Part shown: positions 38,763 through 47,662 of the stretch, piece after piece
Layout: each line of letters starts with the position of its first letter
How positions within the stretch are numbered: the first letter of the stretch is position 1
Source of the DNA: a virus
Length of the DNA stretch: 64,000 nt
IMG/VR virus record: IMGVR_UViG_3300036981_000377
Coordinates: 1 to 64,000 of that record
Direction: 5' to 3' (one strand)
Notes under the pieces: generated by a model
Told to the model about the DNA's origin: nothing
The model's input: only the letters and a program-made list of their open reading frames with translations
Database searches by the model: none
Translations under genes and position numbers: made by a program

Positions 38763-38905
38763 TTGATCGGGCGGGAATTGCACCCGCTATGTACCTCACC
38801 GGCATGCTGTGTAGTTCACCCCGTCGGGTTAGGTCAAGCACGTGGCTGTTGGGTACCGGCACACCAAAGCGCCGCCTTAGTCGCTGTCACTAAGGAGCCG
38901 ATCAA
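38763..38905 (-). ncRNA. tRNA-like structured ncRNA (143 nt)
   Basis: Terminal stem UUGAUCGG/CCGAUCAA directly abutting a T-arm-like GCGGG-UGCAAUU-CCCGC; 7-bp 5' hairpin CCUUAGU/ACUAAGG; extended central arm; fills an intergenic gap. Confidence 0.6.
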
Positions 38906-38909
38906 ACTG

Positions 38910-39401
38910 TTAATCAAAAAACGGAACCGTTTCTTGAAACAAAATACGATAAGCGTTGCCGGGATAATACCAACTATCTGACTGCCACGATACGTGACAA
39001 CCAAGCACTAGCGAAAGATCGCGCGTGGCAACATTTAAAGCCGCTTCGTATTCTTCTGTGTCAGTCGTCGGGTAGGGTTCTAATACGTAACATTCTTGCC
39101 CGTTAATAGTTGTGCAACCAGAATGATCATACAAATCGTCGTGCGCACATAACACGTCTCGGCCTGTTTTAGCGGCAAGGGCTTCTTCTGCCGCAGCAAG
39201 CATAAATAACAATTTTTGCAGCAAATAATCAGCAGAAAAATACTTATGCTCGTTATAGCCTTCCGGCAGTAGTGTTTTTGCCGCTGATACGATTTTTTTT
39301 CTGAGCCATTTTGGCGGCTTTGCCGCTTGGGTTACAGGACTCATTGTCGTTTTAGCGCGAAGTTCTTTGACATAATCTGGGTTCTTTTTTGCTTTTGACA
39401 T
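38910..39401 (-). CDS. Hypothetical protein
   Basis: 163 aa; DHSG...EPY...SWYYPG; GAGG RBS. Confidence 0.65.
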   Translation of the reverse strand: MSKAKKNPDYVKELRAKTTMSPVTQAAKPPKWLRKKIVSAAKTLLPEGYNEHKYFSADYLLQKLLFMLAAAEEALAAKTGRDVLCAHDDLYDHSGCTTINGQECYVLEPYPTTDTEEYEAALNVATRDLSLVLGCHVSWQSDSWYYPGNAYRILFQETVPFFD

Positions 39402-39431
39402 GATTACCTCTTAAATGTAAAAACTAAACCA

Positions 39432-39502
39432 ATGCCCGACTAGGATTCGAACCTAGACTAAGAGAGCCAAAATCTCTTGTGCTACCGTTACACTATCGGG
39501 CA
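39432..39502 (-). tRNA. tRNA-Gln(UUG)
   Basis: Acceptor UGCCCGA/UCGGGCA, D arm GUGUAACGGUAGCAC, anticodon arm AGAGA-UUUUGGC-UCUCU, T arm CUAGG-UUCGAAU-CCUAG; CCA not encoded. Confidence 0.93.
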
Positions 39503-39644
39503 ACCGCGTATGGCGTCCTTACCAGTCCGACTTTCATTGCAGCTAGGGCATGAAAACCTCAAAGCTCAATGACTGTCGTTGTTATTGCCCACAAACGACT
39601 AGGGCACCGGGCTGTAGCAACGAACAGCCTACAGCATGCCTTAC

Positions 39645-40214
39645 TTAGCTGAGAGCCGGCTCTCCCTTTGATATTGCTACAAATCGCTTGGCAACTTCTA
39701 CTGTTGCTAAGACGTCGTTCATAGCATTGTGCGCATCGCCAGTCTCTATTGAGAAAAGCTGGCGTAACGCTGTCAGACTAAAAAAAGCAGGAATCATTTT
39801 AGTCGTCACGAAAAAGCGCGCTAAAGAAGCTGTGTCTAGCGCAGGATATGCGCAGTATTGCCGCCACATATCTTCGGGCATTAGTTGCGTCCAGATAAAG
39901 TCTAGATCAAACGCAACGTTGTGCCCGGCCGGAATAAGCCGATCGTTATCAGCTAACTCCATGCCAGTGCGTAGAAACAGCTGCAGCTCTTCGCACGCAA
40001 TCTCCGGAGACATCGACGTTTTTGCGTGCTGCACAAGATCTATTTTGTTAACAGAAATTGCGCCGGGATCTACGACATAAACCGGCGGCTTGACTCCGAA
40101 AGAAGTTGTCGTCACGACATTAAAATCGTTGTCGACAATAGCCGCGGCTACTGTTAACAGACTAAACTCTCGCGGGTCCAAGCCGCCCGTTTCCGTGTCA
40201 ATAAATACAAACAT
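39645..40214 (-). CDS. DEDDh 3'-5' exonuclease (DnaQ-like)
   Basis: DTETGG, AGHNVAFD, LDT, HNAMND. Confidence 0.9.
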   Translation of the reverse strand: MFVFIDTETGGLDPREFSLLTVAAAIVDNDFNVVTTTSFGVKPPVYVVDPGAISVNKIDLVQHAKTSMSPEIACEELQLFLRTGMELADNDRLIPAGHNVAFDLDFIWTQLMPEDMWRQYCAYPALDTASLARFFVTTKMIPAFFSLTALRQLFSIETGDAHNAMNDVLATVEVAKRFVAISKGEPALS

Positions 40215-40233
40215 AGCATCCTTTCAAAGACAA

Positions 40234-40536
40234 CTATTGCAAGTTACGCCTTTCGTGCTCGTCAAGCGCGAATTGCACCATAGCCGGAAGCAGGTCAACG
40301 CTCGTCTGAGAGCCGCCAACGTGCTTGCCGAGGTGCCAAAGAATTGAGCCAATTTCATCATCAGACAAAATTTTGTCGGCTTGTCCGTTATCATCAGAGT
40401 CAGTTTGAAATTTTGCAATGTCCAGAACGCTGACAACATCGAGCACAACGAGCACGTCGGCGTACTCTTCGCGAACTTTTTTCAAAGCAGTGATTGCTTC
40501 CCACGCCCGGTCCCGCTTAAGCTCAGATATTGACAT
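40234..40536 (-). CDS. Hypothetical protein
   Basis: 100 aa; AGGAG RBS. Confidence 0.6.
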   Translation of the reverse strand: MSISELKRDRAWEAITALKKVREEYADVLVVLDVVSVLDIAKFQTDSDDNGQADKILSDDEIGSILWHLGKHVGGSQTSVDLLPAMVQFALDEHERRNLQ

Positions 40537-40547
40537 GGGAACTCCTA

Positions 40548-40787
40548 TTAATGGACTTCGTGCAGTGAAATAAACTGCCCGTTTTTTACAGAAAGATCTA
40601 CAGCTGCAAAACCGCCGGGTGATTGTACGGCGGCTGTTACGGCTGTGACAAGCTCTTTATAAAGCCGCTTGCCCGCACTTACCCCTAGCTTTGCAGTTAA
40701 AAAACCTTCAAGCATTATTGCTTTACCGGCTTCGTTTTTAACAGTCACGTCATTAATTGTCCACACTGCGGCCTTTTCGTCACTCAT
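40548..40787 (-). CDS. Hypothetical protein
   Basis: 79 aa; coupled to hldE. Confidence 0.55.
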   Translation of the reverse strand: MSDEKAAVWTINDVTVKNEAGKAIMLEGFLTAKLGVSAGKRLYKELVTAVTAAVQSPGGFAAVDLSVKNGQFISLHEVH

Positions 40788-42288
40788 GGCTTTTTGCCTT
40801 TAATTTGTTCACAAATACGGTTGTGCTGCTATTTGGCACAAGTGCCACAAACACAACTTCTCCGGGTGGTTCTTGCCGACTCACGGCGTCCGCACCGACT
40901 ACAAGCTTATTTACATAATCTGCTCCTTTAACAAGCACGTCTGGTTTTATTGTTTCGATTAAATTTTGCAATACCGAGTTGTCTGCGGTGTCGTCAAAGA
41001 CGCACACAGCGTCGACTACGTCTAATGCGGCTATATTGCCGGCGCGAGTCGTCTGGTCTTGCACAGGGCGGTCAGGGCCTTTGAGCCGCGTTACGTTGTG
41101 ATCAGCGTCTACGGCAACAATGAGCGTGTCGCCGTGCTGCTTGGCCTGCGTAAGAAGCTCTATGTGCCCAGCGTGGAGCAGGTCAAAACAACCGTTGGTG
41201 AACACGATTTTGCGCCCAACCCGTTTATTCCGCGCTACAAATTGCGCTAAATCAGCAACAGCCATAATGCGGCGTACTGGATAGTTTTTGCGCAATACTT
41301 CTCGAATTAACTTGTCGGCGTTTAATGGCTTTGTGCTATTTGTTCGCACCCGTTGGCCAGCCGCAACAATCCCAAACTGCATGAGTTTGAGCATGTCATT
41401 TTCTGTGAGATCTTTAGGCCTATATTTGCCAATTTCTGAAAAGCCAAGAACAAGCCCAGCTAAGAAAGTGTCGCCAGCGCCTACACAATTCCCAGATGAG
41501 TACCGGCGCGGGGTAGGAACAAAGCAAGTCTCGGTGTGCCTGAGGCTATAAAAAACACCAGACCCGCCGTCCGTCACAATTAATAATGGCGTGCGTAAAT
41601 GCACTGACGCTATTTTAATAGCTTCTGTTAACGACTTAAACGGCCCAATCGTATCGGCAAACAGTAGGAACTCCGCCATGTTGAGCTTGATTACGTCAGC
41701 GCCCATGTAGCTGAGCAAATGCTGCGGCTTAGCGTCAACGTAAATTGGCGCTCCCGCAGTGTGCGCGGCGTTCACAAGCATTTTGCGGGTAGCTTCTGAA
41801 ATACACCCTTTGCTGTAATCAGAGACTACTACGCATTTTGATTCTTTAGCTCGAATTAAAAAAGCCTGCTGATAAAATAAAGCAGCGTTTAATTCATTCG
41901 GGGTCTCTGCGTCATGTCGCGCTAAAATGTGCCCATTAGCGTTCACATAGCGCGTTTTTACAGGCGTACAAAAATCCTTAAAAACAGTAATAACGCCACA
42001 ACAACTTACGTTTGCTCTGGCTTGCAGTCGCCTAAGCATTTCTTGCGTTTCTTGACTGAAGTCCACAACAGAGAATGCCGAGACTTTAAATTTGGCCTGG
42101 GCCAACGCTTCAATGACAATGCCCACGCCGCCCGGCTTAATGACGCGGTCGTGAGCTGCGCTAATAAGAGCTACGGCAGCGTGCTCTGCGTTTTTCTTAG
42201 CCGTGTCTACATTCCACCACACGTCAACGAGCAGGTCGCCTATGCAGACGACCTGCCCGCGGTTGGTGTGTTTGCTTTCCGTGCTCAT
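40780..42288 (-). CDS. hldE: Bifunctional heptose-7-phosphate kinase / heptose-1-phosphate adenylyltransferase
   Basis: PfkB domain (IGDLLVD, SDYSKG, VGAGDTF) plus cytidylyltransferase-like domain (FTNGCFDLLHAGH, LKGPDRP, PDVLVKGADY, SSTT). Confidence 0.9.
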   Translation of the reverse strand: MSTESKHTNRGQVVCIGDLLVDVWWNVDTAKKNAEHAAVALISAAHDRVIKPGGVGIVIEALAQAKFKVSAFSVVDFSQETQEMLRRLQARANVSCCGVITVFKDFCTPVKTRYVNANGHILARHDAETPNELNAALFYQQAFLIRAKESKCVVVSDYSKGCISEATRKMLVNAAHTAGAPIYVDAKPQHLLSYMGADVIKLNMAEFLLFADTIGPFKSLTEAIKIASVHLRTPLLIVTDGGSGVFYSLRHTETCFVPTPRRYSSGNCVGAGDTFLAGLVLGFSEIGKYRPKDLTENDMLKLMQFGIVAAGQRVRTNSTKPLNADKLIREVLRKNYPVRRIMAVADLAQFVARNKRVGRKIVFTNGCFDLLHAGHIELLTQAKQHGDTLIVAVDADHNVTRLKGPDRPVQDQTTRAGNIAALDVVDAVCVFDDTADNSVLQNLIETIKPDVLVKGADYVNKLVVGADAVSRQEPPGEVVFVALVPNSSTTVFVNKLKAKSHE

Positions 42289-43454
42289 ACAACAATAAGC
42301 GAGACTGACTTATCTCCCAACGGAAACAGATAAACGCCGCATGCCGAAAACTCACGCGGCGTGTCTAACCGCATAAAAATTTGGCCGTTACCAATTTCTA
42401 CCAAAGTAGTCGTGATGTACGGGCGAAATCGGGCCGCTTGTGCCGTCACGATAACCTGCAAATTTGTGTTTGGAATATCGAACGACCGCATTGCTCCGGT
42501 TGCTTGCGTATCATTACGCGCCCAGCGCTCTTTGTCAATGACCTGCACAAGTTTTTCAATGTCTTTTTCAGCCGCAATTAAAGTTGGCACAGATTGGGCA
42601 AAATTCCCGAAAACTTTGTTCAATTTTTCTACTACGTCTACAAGTTCGTTGTCCTCGGCAAGCTGCAAAATCATCGTTGGAACAAACAGCTTGGCGCAGG
42701 CTAATAAATACGGCGGCAATTCACTGGTGTCGTAGTCTTTGGTAGCCGCAAGGCAGAGAGACGCTGCTGGAGTTTTGACGTATTCACCCGTCTCTAAAAT
42801 GACATGCGCGACATCACCCTTGATATACGCCAAGCCCCATAGCTCAGGCCCAAAACCGCCACCCATAAGTTCTCCGCGGTAAATCACGACATGCAGCGGT
42901 TCGAGGTCTATAGCCGCTACCTTATTAGGCGTAAATATTTTCAGAATATTAGCCCTGTAGTTTAGCGCAGGGGCTAGTGCTGCCTGCGTGTTTTGCGCGC
43001 TATCTGCCACAATACCGCGCAAAACATTTTCTTGGGCAATATCCGGATTATCTTGAAGCAAGACTAAAAACGTATAAAGTCCTTCAAGCAAGACTTTGTA
43101 CTTGTCTTCGTCTTGAACGTTATTTTCTGTGAATATGTCAGCGTACGTTTGAGACAAAAGCGTGCTGCTAACTGGAAAATTTACGCTGTTCCACGAAAGC
43201 GCCCCAAGCGCCGTAAATACCTTCGCGGCCGAAGCTTGAAGCTCTGCTCGTTTTGAGCTGGTGTGCGTAAACAATTTTTGAGCGGCCTGCATTAACGCAA
43301 CCGCTAAGAGAAACTCGTCTCGGGATGTGCTTTTGCCATATTGCGCGGCGGCGTAATTAGATACAAGCTCGCTAATCGCTTCGATCGGCTGGGGCGGCTC
43401 GTTGGGGGTGCTCAAGGACTTTGTAGCCATAGCGCTCATAGAGAAACCTTTCAA
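42285..43454 (-). CDS. Hypothetical protein
   Basis: 389 aa; ATGA coupling to hldE. Confidence 0.7.
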   Translation of the reverse strand: MKGFSMSAMATKSLSTPNEPPQPIEAISELVSNYAAAQYGKSTSRDEFLLAVALMQAAQKLFTHTSSKRAELQASAAKVFTALGALSWNSVNFPVSSTLLSQTYADIFTENNVQDEDKYKVLLEGLYTFLVLLQDNPDIAQENVLRGIVADSAQNTQAALAPALNYRANILKIFTPNKVAAIDLEPLHVVIYRGELMGGGFGPELWGLAYIKGDVAHVILETGEYVKTPAASLCLAATKDYDTSELPPYLLACAKLFVPTMILQLAEDNELVDVVEKLNKVFGNFAQSVPTLIAAEKDIEKLVQVIDKERWARNDTQATGAMRSFDIPNTNLQVIVTAQAARFRPYITTTLVEIGNGQIFMRLDTPREFSACGVYLFPLGDKSVSLIVV

Positions 43455-44631
43455 ACTTTCCTTTGTAGACAGCCTGACAAATGTCTAAAAACTGTGGAAA
43501 CAAAACGCGATAATCGCCAGATAGAAAGAAATCTAAATTTTTGTTGGCAGGAACATTAGAAATGCGCGCTATTTTTACAGCGCTAAAATCAAGCGGTTCC
43601 GGCAACCTTTGACCGGCATCAATCGCAACAGACAATAATGGCAGCGCTGGCTGAGCGGACCCAGCTACAATAAACGTGCCGGCGGGGTCTCCGGCCATGC
43701 CAAATACCTGCTCTGCAAAGACCAAATAATCTACGCTGGCAGTGGCGCCGAGAACAGCACCGAACTCTGCGCCGGCTGTTGACGGCATAATGTGCAACGG
43801 CGTTTCGCCAATCGTGACGTGCACGGTGGCAGCGGCGTTGTTGTCATAAGCTGCAGCAAGAATGCTGGCAGATCTGTCATCTTCCGGCGCTAAACCCCAT
43901 CGGCCTATACCCTCGGCTATGCCCACGCCGGCGTTTGCCGCAAGCTTGAGCGTTGACCCAAATACCGACATATCAGCTTTGTTCTTTTTAGCTGTCTGCA
44001 AGTCACACGCCGCGGCTTCGCTAGTCATAGCCACGTGCGTTACCACTTTATTTTTTAAGAGAGCAATAACAATTGGAGTAATACCGGCCTGCACTACATC
44101 TGCGTTTAAAAACAACATAACCGGCTTGTTCTGCTTTCGGGAATGAAACGCAGCTCGAGCCAGCGGAAGAAACGCCATAGCGTCTTTGTTTATTACGTAT
44201 TCTTTAGGCGTAATAAACGGCTGCGCTTCTGGAATGACAGGCTGCGCAAGAAGCGTGGGGTCTAGCGCGGGTAACTGGCTGCTTATAGCTCTGGGCGGCG
44301 CATAAGCAGCTAACTCATCTTTGCGGGAATCATTTGCGAGCATTGGCCCAGAACCGCAAAACAACCACTCGGCAGAGACCACGCCACTTTCTACAAATTG
44401 CGCAAACGTAGACAAACGCAAACGAGTACTATCATTTAAAATACGTTTTACCCAAAATTCTGAAAACCCTACAGCCTGCCCATACGCCGCTAAGTCACCG
44501 CCAAACACGTGCTCGCCAACGTAGCGCAGGCGGGCAGTGATGGCTTTTACTTTAGGGGACGTCAGGAAGGAACCTTTGCTCTTTTTCGGGTTTTTCGATT
44601 CGGCTCCGTCGGTAGGCGCATCCGGTGGCAT
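43372..44631 (-). CDS. XRE-type HTH fused to a deoxyhypusine-synthase-like domain
   Basis: N-terminal helical region ending VSAEWLFCGSGPM (CI-like). C-terminal part VMLFLNADVVQAG...THVAMT...SILAAAY...TVHVTIG...DYLVF...GSA matches the uncharacterised bacterial DHS-like family. Confidence 0.55.
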   Translation of the reverse strand: MPPDAPTDGAESKNPKKSKGSFLTSPKVKAITARLRYVGEHVFGGDLAAYGQAVGFSEFWVKRILNDSTRLRLSTFAQFVESGVVSAEWLFCGSGPMLANDSRKDELAAYAPPRAISSQLPALDPTLLAQPVIPEAQPFITPKEYVINKDAMAFLPLARAAFHSRKQNKPVMLFLNADVVQAGITPIVIALLKNKVVTHVAMTSEAAACDLQTAKKNKADMSVFGSTLKLAANAGVGIAEGIGRWGLAPEDDRSASILAAAYDNNAAATVHVTIGETPLHIMPSTAGAEFGAVLGATASVDYLVFAEQVFGMAGDPAGTFIVAGSAQPALPLLSVAIDAGQRLPEPLDFSAVKIARISNVPANKNLDFFLSGDYRVLFPQFLDICQAVYKGKFERFLYERYGYKVLEHPQRAAPADRSD

Positions 44632-45511
44632 TATGTAACCTCAAACTGTTTCGGGCGTGCATGACAGCTGCGACTAGCTCAGCGTAACCAATTAACATTC
44701 CGCGGGGGTATTCGACAAATAAGCCAAATACATTCATAACAGCTTTGAAGTCAGTGGCTTTTGCTGATTGCAAAAAAATAGCGGAAGATTTTTTGGCTCG
44801 ATTTACTGGCCGTTTAGCTTTCGGCCTGGTAATAAATAATTGTCTAACCTGTATTTCACAACCCGTGTCCGCAGGGTTGAGCACTACTCGCCACATTGAG
44901 CCAAACGTATCTGTACCTAATTTACGGCTAATTTTTTTATAGTTTGCAATCTCCCGCTGCAAAGCTGCGTGGATAACTTTAGCGTTAGCCAGCATGTGTG
45001 GTTTGTCCCAGCCAGCACCTTCAAAATTAGTCGTTTTAATTACGTAGGTTTCAATGCGGCAAGTAACGAGCGCTGTTCGGCTTTGTTTCTGCAGCTGCCG
45101 CAAAGAACGCGAAACACGCCTGTAAAGCTCTTCAGCCTGCCGAGCAGAACAGAACGGACAGAACCCAAATTTTCCGCAAGGTTTAATGGCTACAGCGTTT
45201 GCTGGCCAATGATACTCTAAGCTTGTTGGCCGGCAGTATAAGCAGCGCGCTACGCTAGCTTTTTGAATACCAGATCCGCTGAACTCAGAACCAGGAGACC
45301 AGAGCTCTCGCAGCACCAGCTCTTTGATGCGCATGAACCAGTTTCTGTGCGCTTGTTTTAAACGCCGAACTATCGTTGGCGAATGCACGCGCCGCGATTT
45401 GATCGCTTTGTTAGCGGCAGGGATTATGACATACCTGTGCGCAAACAACTGCGAAGCAAACCGCGGCACGCGTGCTATTTGCCACCGGGCAAGCCGGTAG
45501 TCTTCAATCAT
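44552..45511 (-). CDS. Basic Zn-binding protein, Rep/IS91-like N-terminal Cys cluster
   Basis: CLYC...CGKFGFCPFC; very Arg/Lys rich. Confidence 0.5.
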   Translation of the reverse strand: MIEDYRLARWQIARVPRFASQLFAHRYVIIPAANKAIKSRRVHSPTIVRRLKQAHRNWFMRIKELVLRELWSPGSEFSGSGIQKASVARCLYCRPTSLEYHWPANAVAIKPCGKFGFCPFCSARQAEELYRRVSRSLRQLQKQSRTALVTCRIETYVIKTTNFEGAGWDKPHMLANAKVIHAALQREIANYKKISRKLGTDTFGSMWRVVLNPADTGCEIQVRQLFITRPKAKRPVNRAKKSSAIFLQSAKATDFKAVMNVFGLFVEYPRGMLIGYAELVAAVMHARNSLRLHNATGCAYRRSRIEKPEKEQRFLPDVP

Positions 45512-45774
45512 CGATTCTGCTGAGCTTGATGAAACTTGAGGATAGCGTTTGTGGCTTCTTGAGTTTCAGCCTGATTATAACCTTCTTGACGTAAACGCCC
45601 TTCGACATAACGTCTCTCGGGTGTTCCGCTCATCGTCGTCGTCGAACCCGTGCTCGTATAGCTCGAGGAACTCGTGCTGCTCTGGCCGCCGGAAAAAAGC
45701 TGCATAATGAATGCCATCGCGAACACGAGACCAATGATCACCCACATTCCGTTCGTATTTTGTTTTTGAGTCAT
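45508..45774 (-). CDS. Small membrane-anchored protein
   Basis: Hydrophobic helix WVIIGLVFAMAFIMQLF followed by a Ser/Thr linker; start set at ATG 45774. Confidence 0.55.
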   Translation of the reverse strand: MTQKQNTNGMWVIIGLVFAMAFIMQLFSGGQSSTSSSSYTSTGSTTTMSGTPERRYVEGRLRQEGYNQAETQEATNAILKFHQAQQNR

Positions 45775-45860
45775 TCCACGCCCTTTCAATTCGAGTAAGT
45801 AACCAAACAAACCACGCAAGTACAAACAACATCCCGTGAAATAACTCCGCGGGTAACTCG

Positions 45861-46412
45861 TCAAAGCTCACTAACGTCTCGGCCATTGGCGCTCCTTTGC
45901 CTGTTTTCGCAAATAGCGTTTACAGCCTTGGTTAACTCAGGTATACGCTCACTCTCTTCAAACGTGCCGTCGCCGACTGTGTTTGACATATAAATCGTCT
46001 CATCACCGCAATCTGGAACGTCAGCGCGAAAGATGCCGTGACGCAGCCTAAGATAACCAATCTTTTTAGCGCTGACTTCATCAAAGACGTCGTACTGCTC
46101 CGGGCACGCCGAGCACGTGCAAATCAGCCGGCAGCCATGAATTACGATGTCGTTAGGGGAAGTCGTGTAGCCGTGATAAGGTTGCGCCTGCAAACGCAAC
46201 AACTGCTCAGCACGCTCTGCTGCTATAGCCCGTACCCTTTTTTGCACTACCTCGCGGCTAACTTTGTACTCGCCGCACCATTCTGTAGGCATCGTTGTTG
46301 GAAAATTACCGTTCTTTGGCGGATAGCGCCGACAAACAGCTATGCCGACAATTTTTGCGTGATACATACAATTGCCGCAAGATTCTTTGTGTTCTTCTAA
46401 CAGACCGCTCAT
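45861..46412 (-). CDS. Two-domain Cys-containing phage protein
   Basis: CGNC...CRRYPP...WCGE plus CSACPEQYD...GYLRLRHG. Confidence 0.65.
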   Translation of the reverse strand: MSGLLEEHKESCGNCMYHAKIVGIAVCRRYPPKNGNFPTTMPTEWCGEYKVSREVVQKRVRAIAAERAEQLLRLQAQPYHGYTTSPNDIVIHGCRLICTCSACPEQYDVFDEVSAKKIGYLRLRHGIFRADVPDCGDETIYMSNTVGDGTFEESERIPELTKAVNAICENRQRSANGRDVSEL

Positions 46413-46455
46413 GTGTTTAGTTCCTGTGGTTTTTACTTTTAGGTTATTTAACGCG

Positions 46456-46791
46456 TTACAAATTTGCAGGAGACACTACGAGCTTTTTGCCCAACGAGTA
46501 TTTGCGCGCGTTGGTGTCAGCGCCGTGGCCCCGCCGTTGCGCTTTGCTCTTGCTCCATTTCTTTCGGAGCTGGCCGGCTATAGCCGTAACGGCAGTTTCG
46601 TCAGGGTCAGGCGGGACGTTACTGCGAGAGTGCGTCGCGCATTTTTTCTTCGGGAGCTTATGAAGCTTAGCCAGCCGGTCTAAGCTTGCGCGAGAGATTT
46701 TAAGGGCTTGACTAATTTCACCCCGGGTTAAAGAAGTAGCCCAAATACGCTGCAGGGCCGGGACAGAAACAAGCGTGGCTAATTTACGCAT
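46456..46791 (-). CDS. Small basic protein, possible HTH
   Basis: LTRGEISQALKISRASLDRLA. Confidence 0.5.
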   Translation of the reverse strand: MRKLATLVSVPALQRIWATSLTRGEISQALKISRASLDRLAKLHKLPKKKCATHSRSNVPPDPDETAVTAIAGQLRKKWSKSKAQRRGHGADTNARKYSLGKKLVVSPANL

Positions 46792-46825
46792 AATGCAAAA
46801 AACAACGTCCTTATTTTAGGGATTA

Positions 46826-47185
46826 TCAGTCAACTTTCTTTTTAGCTTTTACAGCGGGCTTCTTGCGCTTCTTTTTTGCTAATTTTTTTACGCTAGTTGT
46901 AACGTCTAGCGCTTCTTTGTACGACGAAGACGTATCAATATGGCTATCATCGCGTACTTCACGCCAAAGTTGATCAAAATTTGCGCGCGTAGTTAAGAGC
47001 TCGTTTTCTAGCTCGCGTACAAACGTGAACAACGCGCTAGTAAAACGCGAATGCACGTCGCCGCTAGACTGCAACCCTTCAACCATAAGCTCGAGCATCT
47101 CATTAAAGTCTGCGAGCTTACAGAGCTGTGAGTCTAGGTCATTCAGCCTGTCCCAGTGTTTCATTGTCATTATTTGCTCCTTCAA
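46826..47185 (-). CDS. Hypothetical protein with Lys-rich tail
   Basis: 119 aa; true start likely one of the internal Met codons. Confidence 0.55.
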   Translation of the reverse strand: MKEQIMTMKHWDRLNDLDSQLCKLADFNEMLELMVEGLQSSGDVHSRFTSALFTFVRELENELLTTRANFDQLWREVRDDSHIDTSSSYKEALDVTTSVKKLAKKKRKKPAVKAKKKVD

Positions 47186-47630
47186 AAGTTGTGTCTTCTA
47201 ACTCAAGCAGTTCGTAGCCGAGTTTTTCGCGCTGGTCGTTAATGCGCTCTAAAAGTAACGCCGCAGCTAACTCAAAATTATCAACTTCAATAAACGGCAG
47301 AGTTTCTTGCAAGTGCTTAAGCTTTGTCGGGCCTACGCCTGCAATACGAATTTCATTCGGTCCCTGCTCTGTAAACAACTCCAGGCGCGCAATGTTTGCC
47401 GCAATGTAATTTTTCGTAAAAACAAGAATGCGCCCTTGCTTGTCTACAAAAAAAGCTGTGTTCTTTTCGTTTGTAATAACCCAACGAATAGCGTCTTCGC
47501 CGGGGTCTGTGTAGTGCTTAACTTTTGGCACGATACGGGAGCTAGGTCCGCGCCCGTGACACCGCTTGAATTTATCCCCAGAACCGCACGGGCAGCCCTC
47601 GTTGCGCCCAATCCTGTTACGAATAGCCAT
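47139..47630 (-). CDS. SEC-C motif protein
   Basis: N-terminal IGRNEGCPCGSGDKFKRCHG; AGGAGG RBS. Confidence 0.75.
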   Translation of the reverse strand: MAIRNRIGRNEGCPCGSGDKFKRCHGRGPSSRIVPKVKHYTDPGEDAIRWVITNEKNTAFFVDKQGRILVFTKNYIAANIARLELFTEQGPNEIRIAGVGPTKLKHLQETLPFIEVDNFELAAALLLERINDQREKLGYELLELEDTTFEGANNDNETLGQAE

Positions 47631-47662
47631 ATGCCCTCCTTGCGAAAATGCGAGAGGCGCTA

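Noticed and set aside
38763-38905. tmRNA or a canonical tRNA
   Set aside because: Too short for tmRNA, with no G3-U70 pair or tag ORF; too long for a tRNA and lacks a standard anticodon arm and D-loop.
39402-39431. HDV-like (theta) ribozyme 3' of tRNA-Gln
   Set aside because: The trailer is only about 30 nt, AT-rich and unstructured.
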